Below are positions 56,301 through 64,000 of a stretch of DNA of 64,000 nt, piece after piece. The stretch lies in NCBI GenBank assembly GCA_036272935.1, contig DATAXP010000009.1:6876-70875 (forward strand), read 5' to 3'. This DNA comes from Pirellulales bacterium. GTDB lineage: Bacteria; Planctomycetota; Planctomycetia; Pirellulales; PNKZ01. The notes under the pieces were generated by a model. That model was not told the DNA's origin. It searched no databases and saw nothing but the letters and a program-made list of their open reading frames with translations. Numbering within the stretch: the stretch's first letter is position 1; every line of letters begins with the position of its first letter. A program made the position numbers and the translations under genes.

Positions 56301-57915
56301 GCTCAACCCGCTCGACTGGGAAGATGCCGGCGCTCGCACGGTGGCGAGCATCAAGGAAATGACGCTCGGCGTCGGCGGCCAACCAGTGCCGATCGCGTTC
56401 CCGGCCCCCGCGGCGCCCGCGCCGGCTGCTGCGGCCACACCGGCGGCGCCTGGCGCTGGAGCGCCCCCTGCCGGCGAGCCGAAAAAGGATCGCACGCCAA
56501 TCGCCGCCGGTCTGCTGTGCGTAGTCACCGACCTGGCGCATCCCGAGCGGCGGTGGATCAAGCGGATCGACGTCGCCGTGCAGCGTCCCGAAAACTACCT
56601 GGAGGCTGAGGCTTCGTACGATCGCATCCAAGGACGGATCAACGTGGTGCTGCGACCCTGCGACTTCGACAACGACGGCCGCCCGGATGTGACGCGCTTG
56701 CCGCCGAAAGGTGCGGCCGTGGTCTGGGACGTCGCCGACTTGAAGGGCGCCGCGATGCAGGCCGAAAGCGAAGTGACCGCTCCGCAGTACGAGGCCCGGC
56801 TGTTCGCCGACCTGACGCCTGAAGCGCCTCGCGATGTCGACGTGCGATTGACGGTCGATGGTTACCCGCGGGCCTTCGTGTGGCGGATTCAGCGTGCCAA
56901 CAGCCAGAATCATCTGCGGCCGCGCAGTGACCTGCGGCAGGTGCGCATCGTCGCGCCGCACAATGGCGATGCGTTCCGCGCCCCGCGCGACACGCTGCCG
57001 GTCGAACTCCAGGTCGACGCCCCCGCCGACGCCTTCCGCGATGCCGGTGACGTGCTGGAAGTCGGCGTCGACCCGGTGCTCGACCGTTCGCTGCGCGACG
57101 ACCGCCCTCAGCGGTTCTACGGCGATCGGCAACTCGAGCTGTGGGTCGATGATCTCGGTCCCGATGGCCTGTTGAAGATCGACGCCCAGGTACACGACTT
57201 CAAAGTCAACCTCGATCCGCACGGCTTGCGGAACACGACCGTCGAGGTCGGCGCACAGCTTTCGATCCGCGGCACCGATCCGATCGCGACGTTCGTCGGC
57301 GTGGTGCTCGATGCCACGCCGCCGCGCATCGACGTGGCGACCGATCCGCCAGGGGCGGTGCTAACCCAGGGACGCGACCTGATCGTGATCGTCACGGACG
57401 CCGACCCCGAGCGCCGCGGCAACAGCGACATCACGATGGTCGAGGCGGCGTTCAACAAGCTCGACAAGCCGGTGGCCGGCGCACAGAGCCCCGATGGCCG
57501 CGATTGGCGCGTCGTGCTGCCGACGCAAGACCTCAAACCGGGCAAGTACCCGGTGTTGGTGCGGGCCACCGATCGCGTCGAGCTGCAATCCTCGCCCGAG
57601 CGCCTGATCGCCACGGTGTTGCCGCCGGTCGATCCTAGCAAGAACGCTCCGCGCCCTGAGAACAGCATCGTCGGCTCGGTCACCATCTCGGGCACTCCGC
57701 AGGCGAACGTCACCGTCGTGCTGTCGGGCGGCGCCTCGGCCGCCGCGCGCACCGACGCCCGCGGTGCGTTTGAATTCCGCAACCTCAAGCCGGGCGCGTA
57801 CAAGCTGTCGGCCAAAGGCATCGTGCGCAATCGGGAATACGCGGCCAAACCGCTCGACGTCACCGTGCAGCCCGCCCCCGCTCCACCGACCACGGCCGCG
57901 CTCGATCTGGAATAA
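53398..57915 (+). CDS. Large membrane-anchored protein: caspase-like (C14) domain, Pro-rich linker, Ig-like and carboxypeptidase-regulatory-like C-terminus
   Basis: N-terminal TM; YVSAHG, LVVLDTG, GL.G.A..NGD..I.L.ELY.YV, QTP; TDARGAFEF.NL.PG.Y. Confidence 0.75.
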   Translation: MPSTSQRQSWRTAKPLPQQPKRVTRVVLTIVALLLMGALVWLLIPPLEQTHVVALPVIDYEAIDVPPIGFVGEDVAGLAVLDDLWKRGEPPGPVVLSGLEVSRELRANLTGELKKVVARPKDSLIFYVSAHGVSRSGDAWLLCSDFDPTQTDAGRLKASELLASVKACPGVVKLVVLDTGGIVADARLAMLANEFPRLLGSAVKATNDPSLWVFTSHDIGETSQPASGLRRSRFSYLVTAGLNGLAESNGDRQIDLAELYDYVTRELARWTALAGGGEQSQTPVLLHGGAGRVTAASSGIVLLPARRVTSTTSMWRELGPQTALAQQSASPPPAQDTAAPQSPATDKPPAEKPAAETKTTPETKAAPETKTPAETNAPPPQPAPPAEKPAPQAEAQGLLAEAWRMRDDLFDRAKHDWSPVDYAPHLAREFQELVLAYEQRLRAGNAYKPAEIADRLRKNILPLSEMLRGDSPGDNSTIAQRLARAWHQFNASDLRRRYDFEPRYVRQAIRLRNDAAFRTVDYVRLVGRSAASSGGDDTLADDLRKLLPALDALSRRLDAIQSADAALRSDLVRIGDALQFEDRQLRELLTTIDAALADEARRLADEPRQQAAAIESLLASTLPTASAREKLLASLPRSESTPDFKDRAPAVRAQQPAIGQRRWDALRQQAELELGLLRWAGIDPTGSDRKLDNPADDAARWSKLAEFGSGLEAAYRDLPGKINKGFADSRRLGPTEQVAARQPIERWLRLVDARDAKRVDESVNIAPLPPRATEVRLTIQAPPKLDVRDDEWTPLEFKLQSGAGRPAEVWAKPEFDSALLEARLADHQELLAAGRRSDRPTLLDDRGAGSITFQLRAKQRGVASTVAFKVSFQSDGAQAAPASVAIGMPAPERIDLLAHGTTGTVISDGARQETWIADADDRLQLLPFPNRTTTFHLALANRSDRSQKVGVALLTAPAAGPGARGDLPLNPLDWEDAGARTVASIKEMTLGVGGQPVPIAFPAPAAPAPAAAATPAAPGAGAPPAGEPKKDRTPIAAGLLCVVTDLAHPERRWIKRIDVAVQRPENYLEAEASYDRIQGRINVVLRPCDFDNDGRPDVTRLPPKGAAVVWDVADLKGAAMQAESEVTAPQYEARLFADLTPEAPRDVDVRLTVDGYPRAFVWRIQRANSQNHLRPRSDLRQVRIVAPHNGDAFRAPRDTLPVELQVDAPADAFRDAGDVLEVGVDPVLDRSLRDDRPQRFYGDRQLELWVDDLGPDGLLKIDAQVHDFKVNLDPHGLRNTTVEVGAQLSIRGTDPIATFVGVVLDATPPRIDVATDPPGAVLTQGRDLIVIVTDADPERRGNSDITMVEAAFNKLDKPVAGAQSPDGRDWRVVLPTQDLKPGKYPVLVRATDRVELQSSPERLIATVLPPVDPSKNAPRPENSIVGSVTISGTPQANVTVVLSGGASAAARTDARGAFEFRNLKPGAYKLSAKGIVRNREYAAKPLDVTVQPAPAPPTTAALDLE

Positions 57916-58024
57916 GCGGCGAAAAGCCGCGCACCGCCGGCCGCGCTTGACGCGCGCGCCACGCTTCCTACGATTCGATGGGCCCGGCACTTCTGCGGGG
58001 ACTAGCCAACCAATGCACTTCGGT

Positions 58025-61000
58025 ATGGAATCGCCGAACGACACGTGTTCGAGCCAGGAGCTGGCACGCATCGAGGCGACCACGCTCGAAGTGGGACGTG
58101 CGATCCTCGATCGCCGCCGGCGGCAGCGCACGACGATCTTCGATCGCCGCTGGTGGGACGATCGCGTGATGGCCTGGACCATGCGCGACGAAGCGCTCAA
58201 GGTGCAAATGTTCCGCTTCGTCGACGTGCTGCCGATGCTCACGACGAGCGAATCGGTCACGCGGCATTTGCAGGAATATCTCGGCGGGGCGGACGTCGAG
58301 CTGCCGGCCGTCTTGCAGGTACCCCTCTCTCTGGCCATGCGTTCCAGATCGTTGGCCAGCCGAGTGCTCGCGTTGGCCGCGCGCAAAAACGCCCAGGGCT
58401 ACGCCCGGAGGTTCATCGCCGGCACGAACGTTGCCGAGGTGCTGGCTGCGGCGATGCGCGCCCGCAAGCAGCGCCGCGCCTTCACGCTCGACCTGCTCGG
58501 CGAAGCGGTCACCAGCGAAGCCGAAGCCGACTGCTACCTGCAAGCCTACGTCGATCTGATTCGCGGCATCGCGCCCACCGTGAACGCCTGGCCCGAGGTG
58601 CCGCAGATCGACCGCGGAGCGTTTGGCGACCTGCCGCGCGTGAACTTGTCGGTGAAGCTGTCGGCACTCGACAGCCAGTTCGACGCCATCGACCCCGAAG
58701 GAACGTTCGAGCGCGTCGCCGCTCGGCTGCGCGTGCTGTTGCGCCTGGCGCGCGAGCACCGGGCGCATCTGCACGTCGACATGGAATCGTACAAGGCCAA
58801 GGCACTGACGCTCGAGATCTTTCAGCGCATCCTGCTGGAAGATGAGTTCCGCGATTGGCCCGACGTGGGAATCGTCATCCAGACGTATCTGCGCGACGCG
58901 GCCGACGACCTGGCCGCGCTCGCCGACTGGGCCGAGCGGCGCGGCACGCCGGTGTGGGTGCGGCTGGTGAAGGGGGCATACTGGGACTACGAAACGGTCA
59001 ACGCCCGATCGCTCGGCTGGCCGGTGCCGGTGTTCGAGCACAAGCACGAGACCGATGCGAACTTCGAGCGGCAAACACGATTCTTGCTGCGGCATGCCGA
59101 AGTGCTGCGGCCGGCCATCGCCAGCCACAACGTCCGTTCGCTGGCCCATGCGATTGCGGTGGCGCGCCGCCTGGGACTGCCCCGCGGCACGCTCGAGCTG
59201 CAAATGCTCTACGGCATGGCCGACGACGAGGCCGACGCGCTGGTCGAACTGGACCAGCGGGTGCGCATCTACATGCCGTTCGGCGAGCTGCTGCCCGGGA
59301 TGGCGTACCTGGTGCGGCGGCTGCTGGAGAACACCTCGAACGATTCGTTCCTGCGCGCCAGCGTGCAAGAACACCTTCCTGCGGAGCAATTGCTCATGAA
59401 CCCGTTGAACGTGGGGGGCGGCCAGACTGCCCATGTGCGCGACGGTGACGGCGCCGCGAAGAGGCAAGCGGTGGAACAGCGTTCGCCGACGGCCCATTTC
59501 ACGAACGAGCCGCCGACCGACTTTGCCCGCCCCGAAGCGCGCGAGGCGATGCGCCAATCGCTCGCCACCGTTGCCGGGCAACTCGGTAAGCACGCGTCGC
59601 TGTGGATCGACGGCCGAGCGGTCGATACTTCCGAGCGGCTGTCGTCGTACGATCCCTCGCACAAATCACGGCTCGTCGGCACGACGGCCTCAGCAAACTG
59701 GCAGCAAGTGCTCGACGCCGTTGCCGCCGCCAAACGGGCTCAGCGAGCCTGGAATGCACTAGGCGTCGAACGCCGCGCGCAGTTTCTGGAACGGGCGGCC
59801 GAGGCGATGGCGCGTCGCCGCTTCGAGCTGGCTGCCTGGGAAGTGTACGAGTGTGGCAAGGTGTGGCGCGAGGCCGATGCCGACGTGGCCGAGGCGATCG
59901 ACTTCTGCCGCTTCTACGCGCTGGCGGCCCGGGCGCTGCAAGGCGAAGGGGTCGATCTGCCCGGCGAAGAGAACCGGTTCGTGTATTTACCGCGCGGCGT
60001 CGCCGCGGTGATTGCCCCCTGGAACTTTCCGCTGGCCATTCTCACCGGCATGACGGTGGCCGCGCTTGTAACCGGCAACACGGTGGTGATGAAACCCGCG
60101 GAGCAGTCGCCGCTGGTGGCGAGCCTGCTGATGGAGATATTCAACGAGCTGGATCTGCCGGGCGGCGTGCTCAGCTATCTTCCTGGCACGGGCGAGGTGG
60201 CCGGGGCCGCGCTCGTCGAACATCCCGACACCGCACTGATCGCCTTCACCGGCTCGCGTGCCGTGGGGCTGGCGATCAATGCCCGGGCGGCCGACGTGTC
60301 GGCGAAGCTGCCTTACGTGAAGCGCGTGATTGCCGAGATGGGGGGAAAGAACGCGATCATCGTCGACGACGATGCCGATCTGGACGAGGCGGTGCTCGGC
60401 GTCGTGCGCAGCGCGTTCGGCTACCAGGGGCAGAAATGCTCGGCCTGCTCACGAGTCATCGTGCTCGACAGCATCTACGACGGCTTCGTCGCTCGGCTGG
60501 TCGAAACGGCCCGCGCGCTGAAAGTCGGGCCGGCCGAAGACCCAGCCACGACGGTCGGCCCGGTGATCGATGCCGAATCGTTCGAGCGCGTCCGGAAATA
60601 CATTGAGATCGCCCGTGGCGAAGGGCGCGAAGTGCTTGCCGTCGATCCGGGATCGCTCGCCGGCGAAGGCCATTACATCGGTCCGCACATTTATGCCGAC
60701 GTGCCGCCCGGCGCGCGGATCGCGCAACAGGAAATCTTCGGCCCAGTGCTGGCCGTGCTGCGAGCCGGCACGTTCGACGAGGCACTACAAATCGCCAATG
60801 GCACCAACTACGCGCTGACCGGCGGCGTGTTCTCGCGCAGCCCCGCGCATTTGGAACAGGCCCGCAATGAGTTCCTGGTCGGCAACCTGTACCTGAATCG
60901 CGGCATCACCGGAGCGCTGGTCGGCCGGCAACCGTTTGGCGGCTTCAAAATGTCGGGCATCGGCAGCAAGGCGGGCGGGGCCGATTACCTGCTGCAATTC

Positions 61001-61090
61001 GTGATTCCGCGCACGGTGACCGAGAACACCCTGCGCCGCGGCTTCGCGCCACCAAGCGCCGCCGACGCCGCGGAACGGCTGGAACAATAG
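58025..61090 (+). CDS. putA: Bifunctional proline dehydrogenase / P5C dehydrogenase
   Basis: FRFVDVLP, DLLGE, SVKLS, RLVKGAYWD, YLVRRLLEN; ALDH motifs PWNFP, FTGS, EMGGKN, GQKCSA, EIFGP. Confidence 0.96.
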   Translation: MESPNDTCSSQELARIEATTLEVGRAILDRRRRQRTTIFDRRWWDDRVMAWTMRDEALKVQMFRFVDVLPMLTTSESVTRHLQEYLGGADVELPAVLQVPLSLAMRSRSLASRVLALAARKNAQGYARRFIAGTNVAEVLAAAMRARKQRRAFTLDLLGEAVTSEAEADCYLQAYVDLIRGIAPTVNAWPEVPQIDRGAFGDLPRVNLSVKLSALDSQFDAIDPEGTFERVAARLRVLLRLAREHRAHLHVDMESYKAKALTLEIFQRILLEDEFRDWPDVGIVIQTYLRDAADDLAALADWAERRGTPVWVRLVKGAYWDYETVNARSLGWPVPVFEHKHETDANFERQTRFLLRHAEVLRPAIASHNVRSLAHAIAVARRLGLPRGTLELQMLYGMADDEADALVELDQRVRIYMPFGELLPGMAYLVRRLLENTSNDSFLRASVQEHLPAEQLLMNPLNVGGGQTAHVRDGDGAAKRQAVEQRSPTAHFTNEPPTDFARPEAREAMRQSLATVAGQLGKHASLWIDGRAVDTSERLSSYDPSHKSRLVGTTASANWQQVLDAVAAAKRAQRAWNALGVERRAQFLERAAEAMARRRFELAAWEVYECGKVWREADADVAEAIDFCRFYALAARALQGEGVDLPGEENRFVYLPRGVAAVIAPWNFPLAILTGMTVAALVTGNTVVMKPAEQSPLVASLLMEIFNELDLPGGVLSYLPGTGEVAGAALVEHPDTALIAFTGSRAVGLAINARAADVSAKLPYVKRVIAEMGGKNAIIVDDDADLDEAVLGVVRSAFGYQGQKCSACSRVIVLDSIYDGFVARLVETARALKVGPAEDPATTVGPVIDAESFERVRKYIEIARGEGREVLAVDPGSLAGEGHYIGPHIYADVPPGARIAQQEIFGPVLAVLRAGTFDEALQIANGTNYALTGGVFSRSPAHLEQARNEFLVGNLYLNRGITGALVGRQPFGGFKMSGIGSKAGGADYLLQFVIPRTVTENTLRRGFAPPSAADAAERLEQ

Positions 61091-61098
61091 CCGGCGGG

Positions 61099-61311
61099 CT
61101 ACAACAGTTTACGAAATTCTTCGATCGTGAAACCGGCATCGATAACGATCCGACCCATCGTGAATGCGTTGATCGGATTGGTGCGCGGAATGGTCAACAT
61201 TCGCGGCCCTTTGGTGATGATGATGTGCTTGCCCTGTCGAGCGACGATGAATCCGGCCTTCGTCAAGGCTCGCACTGCGTCGAGATGATTGACGCCGGCG
61301 AGCTTGGGCAT
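61099..61311 (-). CDS. hicA: HicA family toxin
   Basis: MPKL...VRAL.KAGF...RQGKH...TIP; 70 aa. Confidence 0.85.
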   Translation of the reverse strand: MPKLAGVNHLDAVRALTKAGFIVARQGKHIIITKGPRMLTIPRTNPINAFTMGRIVIDAGFTIEEFRKLL

Positions 61312-61313
61312 TG

Positions 61314-61511
61314 TCACACGACCACTTCGATCTCGCGAAGCTCGGCACCATCGAGTTGCTCGGTCGCAACGTCGAGATATTCGCGAATCGCGTCGGCAAT
61401 ATTTGCCAGCGCTTCCGCTTCGGTCGCTCCTTGCGAGACACACCCGGGCAACCCGGGCACCCAGACCGCGTAGCCTTCCTCCGAATGGTGCAATGCGACT
61501 TTGTAGATCAT
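61314..61511 (-). CDS. hicB: HicB family antitoxin (short)
   Basis: GYAVWVPGLPGCVSQG.T..EAL.NI.DAI..YL. Confidence 0.88.
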   Translation of the reverse strand: MIYKVALHHSEEGYAVWVPGLPGCVSQGATEAEALANIADAIREYLDVATEQLDGAELREIEVVV

Positions 61512-61633
61512 GGATGTCTCCGACCTTTCCTCCATCTTCATATTAGCAAATTATATTTCGCCCAGATGCTTTGGCCTCGCGCTCAGCGGCATTTTGTTTG
61601 CACGCCTTCTTGCCGGCAACGGGGAGAACCGCG

Positions 61634-62335
61634 ATGCGCGTGCTGGTGATCGACGTGGGCGGAACGCACGTGAAAATGCTTGTCACCGACGAGCACGAGC
61701 CGCGACGTTTCGATTCCGGCCGCGATCTCACTCCGGAATCGCTCATCGAGCGGGTCCGATCGGCAACCAGCGATTGGATCTATAACCACGTCTCGCTTGG
61801 TTATCCTGGCGAAGTGGGTGTCGAGGGGCCCGAAGAGGAGCCGGGGAATTTGGGCCGGGGCTGGTTAGATTTCGATTTTGAATCGGCGTTCGCCTGCCCG
61901 GTGCGGGTGGTCAACGACGCCGCGATGCAGGCCCTAGGCGGATACGATGGCGGGCGAATGCTGTTCCTCGGCCTGGGGACCGGACTGGGTTCGGCCTTGG
62001 TGGCCGACCGTGTGGTGATCTCGCTAGAACTTGGCTGCTTACGGAGCAACGGCGGCGAAACGCTTGCCGATCGGCTGGGACGCAAGGGGCGTGAGCGCCA
62101 CGGTCATGCCGCATGGGAGCGAGTGCTTGCCGAAACGGTCGAGATGCTGCACAAAGCCTTTGGCGCCGACTACGTGCTGTTGGGGGGCGGCAATTCGCGA
62201 CTCGTCGAGCATCTGCCCGAACACGCACGCCGCGGCGGGAACGACGATGCTTTCGCCGGCGGCTTTCGGCTGTGGGAAGAAGCGGTCCAGCCGCACGATC
62301 GCGCACCGTCGAGCGCCTGGCGTGTCGTGCCGTAA
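61634..62335 (+). CDS. ROK family kinase (polyphosphate glucokinase-like)
   Basis: IDVGGT, GYPG, NDAAMQALG, LGLGTGLGSA, GGGN. Confidence 0.88.
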   Translation: MRVLVIDVGGTHVKMLVTDEHEPRRFDSGRDLTPESLIERVRSATSDWIYNHVSLGYPGEVGVEGPEEEPGNLGRGWLDFDFESAFACPVRVVNDAAMQALGGYDGGRMLFLGLGTGLGSALVADRVVISLELGCLRSNGGETLADRLGRKGRERHGHAAWERVLAETVEMLHKAFGADYVLLGGGNSRLVEHLPEHARRGGNDDAFAGGFRLWEEAVQPHDRAPSSAWRVVP

Positions 62336-62351
62336 CTCAAAGGAGACAGTA

Positions 62352-63086
62352 ATGCGATACGTGGCGCTGGCGACCGACTACGACGGCACGATCGCCCACG
62401 ACGGCGTCGTAGATGCCGCCACTGTCGATGCGCTGCGGCGCGTGCGCGAAACCGGCCGCCGGCTGCTCTTGGTCACCGGGCGCGAGCGCGATGATCTGTT
62501 CGCCACGTTCGATCACACCGCGCTGTTCGACCTGGTGGTGGCCGAAAACGGGGCGCTGCTGTATAGGCCGGCCGACAACAGCTCGCAGGTGCTTGCGCCC
62601 GAGCCGCCGCAGGCGCTTATCGAACGTTTGCGCACCGCCGGAGTGCCGATCTCGGTCGGCCGGTCGATCGTGGCGACCATCGAGCCGCACGAGCACGCGG
62701 TGTTGGCCGCCATTCGCGACCTTGGCCTTGAATGGCACGTGATCTTCAACAAAGGCTCGGTGATGGCGCTGCCGGCGGGGGTAACGAAGGCGACGGGGCT
62801 GACGGCTGCGCTCAAGGAGTTGGGCCTGGCGGCGCAGAATGTCGTCGGCGTCGGCGATGCTGAGAACGATCATGCGTTTCTGCGGTTGTGCGGCCTGTCG
62901 GTGGCGGTCGCCAACGCCCTGGAGTCGGTCAAGGACGAAGTTGATTTAGTCACCGTCGGCGCTCGCGGCGCTGGCGTAACGGAGCTCATCGACCGGCTCC
63001 TCGCCAACGATTTCGCGGACGTAATGCCGCACGCCGAACATCACCAGCCAAAGCAGCCGACGATACTGAGCCAGCCGGTCAACTAG
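62352..63086 (+). CDS. HAD-IIB family hydrolase
   Basis: DYDGT, VTGR, AENGA, K, GVGDAEND. Confidence 0.88.
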   Translation: MRYVALATDYDGTIAHDGVVDAATVDALRRVRETGRRLLLVTGRERDDLFATFDHTALFDLVVAENGALLYRPADNSSQVLAPEPPQALIERLRTAGVPISVGRSIVATIEPHEHAVLAAIRDLGLEWHVIFNKGSVMALPAGVTKATGLTAALKELGLAAQNVVGVGDAENDHAFLRLCGLSVAVANALESVKDEVDLVTVGARGAGVTELIDRLLANDFADVMPHAEHHQPKQPTILSQPVN

Positions 63087-63145
63087 CCCGACGCGCCAGC
63101 GAGGGATCAGCGTATGACCGTCCCTCGCTGGCGCGTCGGGCTAGT
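63082..63145. repeat. REP-like 25-bp perfect inverted repeat
   Basis: ACTAGCCCGACGCGCCAGCGAGGGA / TCCCTCGCTGGCGCGTCGGGCTAGT. Confidence 0.75.
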
Positions 63146-63218
63146 ACGCCGTTCCCCGATGCGCCATACTGGCGGCACTGACTCCTGAATCCTGATTTCC
63201 GACTCCCTGCTGCCGGCT

Positions 63219-64000
63219 ATGCCCCTCATCTCGCGGATCGTGCAAGCTCTCGAACCCTCGGCCACATTGGCGATGGCCGGCAAAGCTCGCGAGCTGAAGG
63301 CTGCCGGCAAGACGGTGTATGATTTCAGTGTCGGTGAACCTGACTTCACCACCCCCGAGCACATCTGCCAGGCCGCCGTCGCCGCGATGAAGGCCGGCCA
63401 CACGCATTACACCGCCAGCTCTGGCATTCCCGAGCTGCGCTCGGCGATTGCCAGGCAGTACCGCGCTCGGCACGGCCTCGAGTATTCGCCGCAGCAGGTG
63501 ATTGTCTCCAACGGGGCAAAGCATTCGCTGCACAACGTGTTCACCGCGCTGTGCGACCCGGGCGACGAGGTGATTATCCCCGCTCCGTACTGGGTCAGCT
63601 ACGCCGAGCTGGTGAAGCTCACCGGCGGCAAGCCGGTGATCGTGTCGACCGAGGAGCCGAACGACTTCAAGCTCACGCCCGAGCAGCTTCGCCGGGCGAT
63701 CACGCCGCGCACGAAAGTGCTGTTGCTCTGCTCGCCGTCGAACCCGACCGGCAGCATGTACGAACCCGAAGAGCTGGCCGCGCTCGCCGATGTGGTACTC
63801 GAACGCAATCTGCTTGTCGTGGCCGACGAGATTTACGAACGGCTGGTGTACGGCAAGCACCGCTTCGCCAGCTTCGCCGCCGTACGGCCGGGATTGCAGG
63901 AGCGCACCGTCACCATCAACGGCGTGAGCAAGGCCTACGCGATGACCGGTTGGCGCATCGGCTGGATGCTCGCGCCGCTGGCGGTAGCCAAGGCGATCGA
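63219..64000 (+). CDS. PLP-dependent aminotransferase class I/II (aspartate aminotransferase-like), partial
   Basis: Manual translation: MPLISRIVQALEPSATLAM...GEPDF, HYT, GAK, PYWVSY, SPSNPTG, DEIY, NGVSKAYAMTGWRIG. Confidence 0.93.
   Translation, partial: MPLISRIVQALEPSATLAMAGKARELKAAGKTVYDFSVGEPDFTTPEHICQAAVAAMKAGHTHYTASSGIPELRSAIARQYRARHGLEYSPQQVIVSNGAKHSLHNVFTALCDPGDEVIIPAPYWVSYAELVKLTGGKPVIVSTEEPNDFKLTPEQLRRAITPRTKVLLLCSPSNPTGSMYEPEELAALADVVLERNLLVVADEIYERLVYGKHRFASFAAVRPGLQERTVTINGVSKAYAMTGWRIGWMLAPLAVAKAI

Noticed and set aside
53398-57915. Giant pseudo-caspase as a T6SS effector
   Set aside because: It lies 26 kb from the locus, has an N-terminal TM, and shows no PAAR, VgrG or RHS features.
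1-64000. tRNA or rRNA genes
   Set aside because: No cloverleaf or rRNA signatures were noticed by eye; tRNAscan/Infernal were not run.

Overview
High-GC bacterial DNA, almost certainly Planctomycetota, judged from LExRxLL leader proteins, PSCyt/DUF1549/DUF1553 plus DUF1501 pairs, and several REP-like palindromes. Bases 1-26.8 kb hold a minus-strand type VI secretion system (T6SS) locus: tssK-tssL-short tssM-hypothetical-FliA/WhiG-type sigma factor, then tssA-tssB-tssC-hcp-tagJ-methyltransferase-tssE-tssF, which runs off the left edge. The locus is split by a ~13 kb cassette of four paralogous beta-helix/Ig-repeat extracellular proteins plus a TIGR03032 (DUF4915) gene. Notable points: sigma28-like promoters lie ahead of tssK and hcp; each paralog has its own sigma70-like promoter; TssM lacks the periplasmic part; a PKMT-like methyltransferase sits inside the core operon; and all four paralogs carry a phage-structural-like RGxxGTTAAxH domain. 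The rest of the window is typical planctomycete content: PSD1/DUF1501, corA, an FG-GAP-sialidase fusion, a Tat protein, a CAP protein, a DASS transporter, feoAAB with a Fur-like box, a deletion-fused PSCyt-DUF1501 gene, two PQQ-like propellers, a giant pseudo-caspase protein, putA, hicBA, a ROK kinase, a HAD hydrolase and a partial aminotransferase. There are also REP, MITE and heptamer repeats. All family calls come from motif recognition by eye, with no database search.
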